From positions 1 through 54,876 of IMG/VR virus record IMGVR_UViG_3300035126_000263: a stretch of 54,876 nucleotides of DNA, one strand, 5' to 3'. The DNA comes from a virus (taxonomy: Duplodnaviria > Caudoviricetes). The position numbers and the translations under genes were made by a program. Of this stretch, positions 25,856-35,500 are shown piece after piece. The notes beneath the pieces are model-generated. The model had not been told where the DNA came from and made no database searches. It saw only the letters and a program-made list of their open reading frames with translations. Positions within the stretch are counted from its first letter, which is position 1. The number at the start of each line of letters is the position of its first letter.

Positions 25856-27861
25856 TGCCAGCAGAAGGATCAGTCTTTGATGGATTCACAAGTATCATCG
25901 CGCAAGACGCAGATACTCATCCATCGTATTTACCGGAGTCTGTAGTATCAGAGTCGGTAAATAGGACATTCCGAGGTGGCATCAATCGAACAAGGCCAAG
26001 CATTCGGAACATCCCAATTATCGCTGGAGATGGGGAAGCCGAGACTATCGTTAACGATATTCTTGGTGGTAGCTTTCAAGGCGCGTATCCATATCGCTCA
26101 ACTAACTTCAGAACGAGCGATGGTATCCTGCTATCGGTATCTGGGATTATTTATTTTCTGAAGATGGTAAACAACCGAGCGTTTGCCTACAAGATCATCG
26201 AAGGCAACGATCCGGGTATGATGCACACATGGTTTGTGCAAGCCGAAGATCGGGCGTATATCCAAAATGGCTACCAAAATGCTATAGCATGGGATGGAGT
26301 ATTAGGAACGTTGACAGCAAGTGAGATTCAAAACGGAGACTACTGCGAGATTGTATCAGTCGGGACTACAAACTTCATGCTGATCGGTGCGCCATCCAAT
26401 ACGATTGGAGTTAAGTTTACGGCAGTCATCACAGACACTCAAAGAGGAACGGGAACAGGAACAGTCAAGCTACCTGCCTACCGACTGAACCCATACTTGG
26501 CAAAGATGCCGATTGGAACGATTATGGAGTATGCCTTCGGGCGAGTCTTTGTTTCTGATAGGTTCAATCAAATCTACGCATCTGACATTATCTATGGTGG
26601 TGGGTTTACTGACACCAAGAATACGGAGAACTTCACAGAGATTGGATATTGGGCAGAAGGTGGCGCGTTCTCGACTCCAGCCATGATGGGGAATATCACT
26701 GGTATGAAGGTCATGCCACAGATCGGAACTAACCTTCGCGGGCAAGGTGAACTTGTAGTCCTTACTGGTAACGGAGCATTCTCAATGGATGTTTCTTTAC
26801 CAAGAAGCCAATGGAATACATCGAACATCCAGCGCATCTCACTCCTTGGGCGCGGATGCACATCGCCATACCTTGGACTCGCCAACTCTGAGCTTTGGTT
26901 TAGATCACACGATGGTTGGGCATTCTATTCTAATAGCCAATCTGAATTTGCCAGATACTTCTCGCTTCGTAAACTATCGAGGGAAGTAAACAAGTGGGTC
27001 GAGAATGATACTCCATGGCTGAAGCAATTCGCTTCTACGATGTTTTTTGATAACTACATCATCAGCACAGTTTCGCCACAGACCTACCGAGCAGAAGGTG
27101 TAGAAGGACTAAACAGGTATCATAGGGGTATGGTAGTTCTCGACCTCGACCAATCGTCTTCACCTGCACCAGATGCTCAACTGCAATTCCGCTGGAATGG
27201 AATCTGGACAGGCATCAGACCAACTCAACTTCTGACTGCATTGATAAGCGGTGAGAAACGAGGATTCGGATTCTCGTTCGACGCAGACAACAAGAACCGA
27301 CTTTACGAGTTCACAATAGCTCAAGGCGACGACTACGGGCCTAATGGAAGCAGGCAGATTGAATCCTTCTTCACAACTGGTAGGTATGACTTCAACCGAA
27401 GCGGGGCTACCAACAAGTTCCTCCGCAAAAAGATTACTGGTGGAGAAATGTGGATGAGTGAGATTAAAGGACAGGTAGAAAGTGATGTTGAGTTCCGCGC
27501 CGACTCTAATCCTTGCTGGTCAGAACTGAAAGTGCCTACGACATTCGGGTGTGATCCATGTTCACCTAAAGTAACTGAATGCTTCCCACAACGAGGCGGT
27601 AATCGCTACAAACGCTACAAGTTTAACACGCCAGACCCAAGCGAGTGCAATGATTTGGCAGGCATTCCATCAGTAGAAGGAAGCGAGTTTCAGATCAAAG
27701 TAAACCTAACTGGGGCAGCTACAGTTGACCGAGTAAGGCTGATGGCAAACATTAAGAACAACGATGACTCTCCAGTTGGCGACTGCCCAGAAGAAAACCA
27801 AGAATGTGAACCATTTTTGTGTTGCCAAGAGAAATATTGGGAATACAATATCGTAAATTAA
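25855..27861 (+). CDS. Putative tail nozzle / tail tubular protein B-like
   Basis: 668-aa beta-propeller-like composition (AFGRVFV, IYASDI) upstream of ejection genes. Confidence 0.55.
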   Translation: MPAEGSVFDGFTSIIAQDADTHPSYLPESVVSESVNRTFRGGINRTRPSIRNIPIIAGDGEAETIVNDILGGSFQGAYPYRSTNFRTSDGILLSVSGIIYFLKMVNNRAFAYKIIEGNDPGMMHTWFVQAEDRAYIQNGYQNAIAWDGVLGTLTASEIQNGDYCEIVSVGTTNFMLIGAPSNTIGVKFTAVITDTQRGTGTGTVKLPAYRLNPYLAKMPIGTIMEYAFGRVFVSDRFNQIYASDIIYGGGFTDTKNTENFTEIGYWAEGGAFSTPAMMGNITGMKVMPQIGTNLRGQGELVVLTGNGAFSMDVSLPRSQWNTSNIQRISLLGRGCTSPYLGLANSELWFRSHDGWAFYSNSQSEFARYFSLRKLSREVNKWVENDTPWLKQFASTMFFDNYIISTVSPQTYRAEGVEGLNRYHRGMVVLDLDQSSSPAPDAQLQFRWNGIWTGIRPTQLLTALISGEKRGFGFSFDADNKNRLYEFTIAQGDDYGPNGSRQIESFFTTGRYDFNRSGATNKFLRKKITGGEMWMSEIKGQVESDVEFRADSNPCWSELKVPTTFGCDPCSPKVTECFPQRGGNRYKRYKFNTPDPSECNDLAGIPSVEGSEFQIKVNLTGAATVDRVRLMANIKNNDDSPVGDCPEENQECEPFLCCQEKYWEYNIVN

Positions 27862-27866
27862 ACGCT

Positions 27867-28376
27867 ATGGACAATCAATCTTCGTCTCCAGCACTTACAT
27901 TTCCAAATGTTCCAGATGACTTCTGTCCAACTGGTAACTGGCAAAGTGTATTTCAGCAATTCATTGATGAGGTTCTTACTAACGGAACAATCAATGTGCC
28001 GGGACTTGGCGATGTAACTCCAGCGCAAGTTGCTCAAATCAACGAAGACCTTGCTGACCAGCAAACGCAGATTAGCGCACTTGATACGCGAGTTGATGCT
28101 TTAGAATTAAATCCAACAATTAGGGTTAGATATAACACTGTTACTGGAATTATTACTGGAGACACGGCATCTATTGGAGTTACCTTTAGTTCTCCACTAC
28201 CATCTGCTGTTTATGGAATCTCATTGACTCCTATTTACGCTTCTGGGACTCCATTGACAACGCCGCTTTACACTATTGTTTCACAAAACACAGCAGGATT
28301 TACATTTCGCGTTGATAACAACATTGCAGAAATTACGAGCTTGAACTGGATGGCGGTTCATTCTTCGACACCATAA
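27867..28376 (+). CDS. Tail-associated protein
   Basis: Short coiled coil plus C-terminal VTFSSPLP...GFTFRV...WMAV domain; ATG 27867. Confidence 0.6.
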   Translation: MDNQSSSPALTFPNVPDDFCPTGNWQSVFQQFIDEVLTNGTINVPGLGDVTPAQVAQINEDLADQQTQISALDTRVDALELNPTIRVRYNTVTGIITGDTASIGVTFSSPLPSAVYGISLTPIYASGTPLTTPLYTIVSQNTAGFTFRVDNNIAEITSLNWMAVHSSTP

Positions 28377-28399
28377 GCCATCACAAAGAAAATAAACAT

Positions 28400-28564
28400 A
28401 TGACACCACTAAAAGGAACTGATCCTAAACTCGTTAGCGGAGGCTCACCAACTCGCGGCATGATCCGTGAAGGTATGGGCAATATGAACCCACCTAACAC
28501 TGGTAAGAACCCATACTCCAGCGCACCTCTGCCTAAATCTGGCAAGCCCGTTGGCGGAAAATAA
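28400..28564 (+). CDS. Small Gly/Pro-rich protein, not in ORF track
   Basis: MTPLKGTDPKLVSGGSPTRGMIREG..., 54 aa, A-rich leader. Confidence 0.6.
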   Translation: MTPLKGTDPKLVSGGSPTRGMIREGMGNMNPPNTGKNPYSSAPLPKSGKPVGGK

Positions 28565-28585
28565 TTATCGGAAACGATAATCCCT

Positions 28586-29548
28586 ATGGCTGATACCCTC
28601 GAAGAGATGGTGGAAGTCGTCAAAGGGTTTGTTGGCGATAGTGGCGTTTGTTCTTACGACAGAGCCGTTAAAGCTGTGAACCAAGCAAGACGACTGCTCT
28701 GGAACAAACGGGCGTGGAGTTCGCAAGAAGAATACGTCCAGATTTGCTGTGTGAACGATTGCTTCACGCTTCCAGCCCGTTATGAGCAAATCAAACTTGC
28801 TTGGATCGGTGACAACTCTGCGAGCCTCGCTGATGAATGGTTCAATGCGACCAACGCTTTCGCTCTGCACGCAGATCACTCATGCCATAGGGGGATTGTA
28901 GAAGTAGGAGGACTCCATGTTCTTTTCCGCGACTACACAACGCATCCATACCAAATCGGAGTAATGGCCGAGGAAGCTGAAGACATCGGCGTAGAGTTGA
29001 TGTTTGAAGCGCAAGACCAGTATGACACCTACCATAAGGTTAAGGTGACTACTGCTAATCCTCCAACGCTGGCAAAATCTGATCTCCTTGTGAAAGGAAT
29101 TCGGGCAGTCAGTAAGCCAATTACCAAAGGAAGGATTCGGGTGTATGCCTACGACACTGCATTGGAAGCAAAGACGCTGATAGCAATCTATCAACCGAAC
29201 GATGCTAACCCAACCTTCCGTCGATTCAAAGCACCGAAGACCTGCGAGTGTATCACGCTCTACGCATCGAAGAAATACTTTGATCTAACCGATCCGAAGG
29301 AACTCTGTGAGTTCATTCCAGATGCGATGATCTATGCGGTTCTTGCATTGAACTCGCGTGAGAATCGTAAGGCGCAAGAGTTCTTGAGTAACCTCGCGCT
29401 TGCCGTGCAAGAGCAGGAGAAAGAGATGGAGAACTTGGAGATACCAACAGCAGGGCCAATTCGCTTCGCTAACTATAGTCGGGCAGAGAACCTAATTGGG
29501 TCTGACCTACTCTCTCCATCACCAAACGACTACTTCCTCTACCGATGA
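28586..29548 (+). CDS. Putative head-tail adaptor / tail tubular protein A-like
   Basis: Helical N- and C-termini (AVNQARRLLW; PDAMIYAVLA) and position in the tail module. Confidence 0.5.
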   Translation: MADTLEEMVEVVKGFVGDSGVCSYDRAVKAVNQARRLLWNKRAWSSQEEYVQICCVNDCFTLPARYEQIKLAWIGDNSASLADEWFNATNAFALHADHSCHRGIVEVGGLHVLFRDYTTHPYQIGVMAEEAEDIGVELMFEAQDQYDTYHKVKVTTANPPTLAKSDLLVKGIRAVSKPITKGRIRVYAYDTALEAKTLIAIYQPNDANPTFRRFKAPKTCECITLYASKKYFDLTDPKELCEFIPDAMIYAVLALNSRENRKAQEFLSNLALAVQEQEKEMENLEIPTAGPIRFANYSRAENLIGSDLLSPSPNDYFLYR

Positions 29549-30033
29549 CGCTGACAATCCCAGACAAGATTGATGCAAGAAACGTAGTTGGATATGGCGA
29601 TCCAGACTACGAACTAAACTTGATGGACTTGGAGATTCTAAAACTTCCTCCACGGGAATGTCCGTTGGTTCACAAGTTCACACCGGGAATGTATATTCGG
29701 GAAATCTATATGCCGAAGGATACGATTCTCACAACCTTGCTTCATCTGACTACGCATCCTTTTTTTATTATGAAGGGTGATGTGACTGTCTGGTATCATG
29801 GTATCCCCGCCCATCGTTACAAAACGGGCTATAGCGGCATCACAGAAGCAGGAACAAGGCGTATGCTCTACACTCATAGAGACACAATCTGGACTACCTG
29901 CCATGTCACAGACTTAACTGATCCAGACGAAATTATTGACACAATCACTTCAAGAGACTTTAATCCTCACATCGCCAAGGAAGACCCAAGGGTGCAGAAG
30001 TGGCGGCACAATCGAACCGACTTAATCAAATGA
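29545..30033 (+). CDS. Cupin-like phage protein
   Basis: HKFTPGMYIREI...HLTTHPFFIMKG...GTRRMLY. Confidence 0.6.
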   Translation: MTLTIPDKIDARNVVGYGDPDYELNLMDLEILKLPPRECPLVHKFTPGMYIREIYMPKDTILTTLLHLTTHPFFIMKGDVTVWYHGIPAHRYKTGYSGITEAGTRRMLYTHRDTIWTTCHVTDLTDPDEIIDTITSRDFNPHIAKEDPRVQKWRHNRTDLIK

Positions 30034-31112
30034 GATTCCTTCAGCATCCAGAAGATTTACTTTTAAACAAACATCCAATGATGTTTCATACCAGCGGATT
30101 CGCTATTGCGGCTGGTGTGGTAGCTGTAGGTGCGGCGGCAGGGTCGGCGGCTATCTCAATGTCGGCAGCAGATCGAGCCAAGAAAGCTCAGGGTGCAGCA
30201 TCTAAACAATTTCAAAGACAGCAGAGAAAAGCTACCAAAGGATTTGTTAAGGGACAAGAACAAGTCCAAGGGATGATTGAAGAAGTCAAAGCTCCAGAGT
30301 ATAACCTTGGAGCAATGATCGGTGATGCTGGTCAGATTTCAGATTACTATCGCAAGCAACTTGAGACATTCCAACCCGGAGCAGCACAGCAACGCCAGCA
30401 AGCTCAGACTCAAATCGGGCAAGCGATGGATGTTATCTCGCAATATCTTAAAGGAGATATTCCTCAAGATGTCAAAGACCAAATCACACGCAATGTTGCA
30501 GAGAGTGCAGGCGCAGGATTCAATCCAGCAACGGCAGGCCGCGCTGGTGGATTCCAAGCAGCACAAGGGCAGATGGCGCGTAACCTTGGACTAACTTCAC
30601 TTGATATTCAAAGGCAGGGACTGGCAGCAATGCCATCAGTTCAAAACACAGCAATGAACTGGCAGCAATTGGCAAGGGCATTCACAGCAGAACCACTCGA
30701 TGTAGGAAGACTACAACTTGGCTACCAAACTGCCCAAGCAGAAGTCGGATTGCAGAAAGCTAAGATGACAGGTGATGTGTTCAAGAATATTTACGCAGCA
30801 CAATCTGGTTTGGCGGATCAAATCTACGGAGCAAACAAAGAAAACATCGCCGCAAGCTACGCTGCCCAACAAGCAGTCGGCCAAGGTGTATCTGACATCG
30901 GTAAGGCTACCTCTGGTGCGTTGATGGGTATGAGTAATGTTAGTGCCGCACAACAAGGGCTTGCTTATGGAGCTGGAGGCCCATCAACTAAAACTTCTAC
31001 AGCTGGTGCATTTGGGGATTTTCTTAGTTCAGCATTATCTGCTTATGGACAATCTCAATCATCTCAAATAGCCAATCCATTTGAAGGAACAAAAAAATTG
31101 GCATATCAATAA
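30030..31112 (+). CDS. Internal virion (ejection) protein
   Basis: Hydrophobic Ala/Gly N-terminal segment, Q/A/G-rich helical body; start 30030 or later. Confidence 0.6.
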   Translation: MRFLQHPEDLLLNKHPMMFHTSGFAIAAGVVAVGAAAGSAAISMSAADRAKKAQGAASKQFQRQQRKATKGFVKGQEQVQGMIEEVKAPEYNLGAMIGDAGQISDYYRKQLETFQPGAAQQRQQAQTQIGQAMDVISQYLKGDIPQDVKDQITRNVAESAGAGFNPATAGRAGGFQAAQGQMARNLGLTSLDIQRQGLAAMPSVQNTAMNWQQLARAFTAEPLDVGRLQLGYQTAQAEVGLQKAKMTGDVFKNIYAAQSGLADQIYGANKENIAASYAAQQAVGQGVSDIGKATSGALMGMSNVSAAQQGLAYGAGGPSTKTSTAGAFGDFLSSALSAYGQSQSSQIANPFEGTKKLAYQ

Positions 31113-31118
31113 AATACT

Positions 31119-32507
31119 ATGTCTATCGCAGAACTCATAATGACAGGAACGGAGCGAGCATCCAAATCAACGGATTGGGTGGCAGATTCTTTGGCTAAAA
31201 TTGGAGACAATGTAACCAAGGTTCTTCGTGAACGCGAGCAGCAGAAGCAAGCGCAGGAGATGCTACCATTCTTGCAGCAGAGTATGCAGGAGTCGATGAC
31301 ACTTGCTGGATCAGGGAAGACTGGTGAGGCGTATGCGAAGTTGATGCCGTTTATTACAGACCCATCAGTAATAAATAATCCAAATTTGAGGCAAGCTATA
31401 CCTGCATTTCAAAAGGGAATAGAACTTGCAACAAATGATTTCTATAAAAAAGAACAACTTCGCATTCGTGAAGATATGTATAATGCGAGATATGGTGGCG
31501 GCGGCGAAGGTGGTGGTGGCGGATTCGACGTTGGAAGTTATGTAGATATGTTGAATCAAGGGCGCGATACAACCCAAGACGCAGAACAAGTTGTAGATCA
31601 AACTCAAGTTAATCCAATGGTTGCAGGCCAACTTCCGGGTTTGCGAATTCCAGCACCACAAAATCAAGTTGGAGCGGCAATGGCGAGGGAGGAACTTGAT
31701 AAACAAAATGCAGAGCAACTTCCTGTAATGTCGCAAGGCCCAACAAGAGAAGCGGCACAAGCAATGGGAGGGGTATTGCCAGAAATGCAAAAAGAACCTC
31801 CACCTAAAAACATTCTTGAGAAATTTACCAAGATTGAAGATAGGTTTGCCAAATTGCCACTTGATAAACAACGGGCTGAAATGGATAACACATCTATTAT
31901 CTTCCCAAACAAAGAAGATATAGCAGCATACGAGCCACCTAAAGGCCGTGGGAAAATTGAACTTTCTACCGCTGCTGGTATAGGCGTTCCGGGTGCAGTT
32001 GCCGTTGAACTTCCACAAGCAGTTTCAAAATATGTTTTGAGTGGTGTAAATGTAAATCCCAAAACGGGAAATGTTAGTTATTCAATCAATCAGAAAGAAA
32101 TTGATAAAGACCCTAATGCAAAATCTGCTATTAGTTGGTTGAGAGATTGGCAGGAAGCATCTGTAAAAGTAAGTAGTAATCCTCAATTGAGAGACTTGTT
32201 ATCGCAAGCAAACAACGATGCGTTGGCTATTGATATTGCTCCAGTAAAAGTAGATACAACAAAAGTTTCTACAATAAGTGGTGCTATGGCGGCAAAACAA
32301 GATAACTATGACCTTTCTGTTAAAGGAAAACCGGAGAGTAAAATTACAGTTTCTAAAGATGTAGCGGATCAAATCACCATGCTTCAGACTCAAACTGCTG
32401 CTGCCAATACTCACAATGCTAAGTTTATTCGCTTGAAATCTGTTGCACCTCTGCCACAATCAAAAGCATCTGATTTTTTATCGCAATTTCCAGCTAAAAA
32501 GAAATGA
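31119..32507 (+). CDS. Internal virion (ejection) protein
   Basis: Second of three increasing-size genes ending the structural operon. Confidence 0.55.
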   Translation: MSIAELIMTGTERASKSTDWVADSLAKIGDNVTKVLREREQQKQAQEMLPFLQQSMQESMTLAGSGKTGEAYAKLMPFITDPSVINNPNLRQAIPAFQKGIELATNDFYKKEQLRIREDMYNARYGGGGEGGGGGFDVGSYVDMLNQGRDTTQDAEQVVDQTQVNPMVAGQLPGLRIPAPQNQVGAAMAREELDKQNAEQLPVMSQGPTREAAQAMGGVLPEMQKEPPPKNILEKFTKIEDRFAKLPLDKQRAEMDNTSIIFPNKEDIAAYEPPKGRGKIELSTAAGIGVPGAVAVELPQAVSKYVLSGVNVNPKTGNVSYSINQKEIDKDPNAKSAISWLRDWQEASVKVSSNPQLRDLLSQANNDALAIDIAPVKVDTTKVSTISGAMAAKQDNYDLSVKGKPESKITVSKDVADQITMLQTQTAAANTHNAKFIRLKSVAPLPQSKASDFLSQFPAKKK

Positions 32508-35500
32508 TTACCCAAGAAGATTTAAAGACTATTCGTGAGCGCGGGTATTCTGATGATGAGATTTGGAGTAAACTTGCTGAAACAAATTCCGATTTTTCCA
32601 TAGTAAAAGAACGTGGATATTCTTTAGAAGAAGTTGCTTCTATTACTTCTGGTAAACCAATGCCAGAACCAGAACCAGCAGGCACTTCTATTGGTGATAC
32701 ACTTCAAACAGCAGCAGAAGAATTAGAAGCAGGAGTTGGCAGGGCTGGCAGTGCATTTGCGAAATCAGCGGTTGGATCGGTAAGGATGTTTACTGATCTA
32801 TTTGGCGCAAATAATAAGGTGTCTAAAGAGATTGCTGGAGTAGAAGATTACATTGACCAGTTTACTACGGCTCAAGCCAAGCAAGACAAAGAAGAAATAT
32901 CTCGCTTGTTCCAAGAAGCAGAAGGAAAAGGTTTGGGCAATAAAGTTATGGCTGGTCTTAAAGCTGTAGCTGTATCTCCAGAGACACTTGGGCCAGAAAT
33001 GGCGGGGTATATGCTTCCGTCTTTAGCTGCTGGCTTATTAACCGGAGGCGCATCTATACCAGTTCAGATCGGAGCGCAGGCTACTATTGGTGCGGCCCAA
33101 GCAGCAGGCTCGATCAAAGGCGACATCTACCAATCAGTCAGAGACTACTCCCGCGAGCAAGGTCTTAGCGAAGTTGAAGCTGATCGTGCTGCTACCGAGG
33201 CTCAATCTTATGGAGGTAAGAACTTAGACTTGATTCTTACTAACGCTGGCATCGGGGCATTGGCCGCATCAACTGGAGCGGAAAGGATAGCAACACGCAT
33301 TCTTACTGGCAGAGGGAAAGATGTAACAAAGAAAACCATCGGAGAGTTCTTGAAACAAGGAGCTATGGCTGGTGGGGTAGAGGCTTTGACTGAGGGAACT
33401 CAAGAAGCAGCAGAACAAATCTCACAGAACATCGCCCTACAAAGAGAGGGTAAAGACGTTCCTACCTTCCAGAATGTCCCGCAAGTAGCTACGATGGGCG
33501 CGGTGGCAGGTGGTGTGATTGGTGGCGGGTTGAAGGGAGTTGAATTTCTTTCAGCGGAAGAGAAGGCTGAACAAGACATCAATCGTTCAGCAGATAGAGA
33601 AGCAAGATCACTTTCCGCTACTGACTCCACAACCAAAAAGGTTATCAACGATCTTAACCAATCTGAGAACGCGATTGATTCTTTAAGGCAAGAGTTAGAC
33701 ACGCTGGAGCCAACTGATCCAAAAGCGCAGCAATTGCGGATGCGAATCTCCGAGGAGCAAAAGAAAGCTACAGGACTAAAGCAGTCCCTTGGAGAAGAAT
33801 TATCGGAACCGATAACCGCGATAGAGGAACAGCAGGCAGCGTTGGCTGGAGCGATTACTGCACCCGCCGAGCCAACTGTTAAGGAAACCTTACAAGTTCA
33901 GCCTACACAAGCTGCACCCGCACCAGTAGAACAAGTAGTCACGCCACCCGTTGAAGTTGCGCCACTTCCTGCAAGAACAGTTGAAGAATCTATTCAGAAC
34001 AAAGATACCTTTGAGTTTGAAGGAATGCGCGGAGCAGTAACGCTTGAAGATGGCACTGCCGTATTCCGTCCATTTGGAACAAATGATAAGTATGAAGTTC
34101 CAATCAATCCCAATCAAGCTATCAGTGAGATTGAAGGAATCCAATGGGTTCGTAAAGGACAGACTCGCCAAGCTCCAGTTGAGCCAACAATTCCAGAAGT
34201 TGCAGCAATAGTTGAATCGCAACCACAGATTACAGAAGAAGAATTTAACGCTACGGAAGATGACTTCCAACTTCCTCCATCTTTGATTGAGATTGAAAAG
34301 TCACCAACGCTTAATGCAATAGCTGATATTTTTAATACAGGTGAATCAAAGATCGTCCAAGAAGGTAAGCGAGCGAAGAAGGTTTCAGCTACTCCAGAGT
34401 TCTATAGGCAGATCAGTCCAGAGCAAATTGATGTAGCCAATAAGCAAATTGATAATGCGTTAAGGATCATTGATAACCTGCCTGTATCTGAAGAACAAAA
34501 GCAAACATTGGCAGAACCATATCTGTTAATCGACCAAGACATTTCATCTTATGAAAACAATCCAGAATACAAACAATACAAAGCCTCAATTCGCAGGGAA
34601 GTTCGCCCTGCTGACCAAGCTATCACACTCCCAGAAACTGCTGGCAAAACTAAACCCACAGCAAAAAAACCAAAACTCGGACAAAAAGGCGGCGTTCTAA
34701 TCCCCACCAAAGAAGACTTTATCCAAGCAGGACAGAACATCTACGAAGCTGGCATGGAGTTTGGTGCTTGGGCCAAACAGATGATCCAGCAATTCGGTGA
34801 TGCGGTCAGAGAGTTCCTTGGGGAAGTGTGGCAAGCAGTGAGTGGTGCGCCAGTGAAGTTGAATGAACTCATGGGGTATCTTCCTAAGAAGGGTGAAGCT
34901 GGCGCAGTAAATGTTGGTAAAGGTAAAAAGCGTGAGCAAGTAATGGGTGCAAAGGTTGGCCCAGAAAAGAAAACTCCAGAAGGTATCATTGCCAAGACTC
35001 AAGAACTTTTACGCAAGCAGTTTGACCCATCGAAAGTATCAGATAAGAATACTACTGAAGCATTCCGAGCCATTGGAAAGCTGACCAGTAAACAAGGAAA
35101 TGCTTTCGCGGAAGAGTTGAATGACCTTGGCAGAGTAGAAGGATCAGAGGTTAGTATGGGCGCAGCGTTATTTGTGAATGACCTTTTTGAGTATTCTATA
35201 AGACTAGCAGCGGAAGGTAACAAGAAGATGCTTGGTATAATGATGTCCAACATCAATAAACTACCGACTGGAGCAATGGGCGCAACAGGGGCGGGTCAAA
35301 CCCTTCGCGCAAGGTTGGAGTTAGCCCAACGATTTTTGATAATGGGACAAGCCGAGCAGGATGCCTACACCAACTATGTAGCAGAGTTTATCTACGGGCC
35401 TAACCCAACTAAAGAACAAATCCAATCCATCAAAGATGCCTATGCAGCAGTAGAGAAGACTCCACAAGTAACCGAGCAAGAATTGACTGATGAGATCAAA

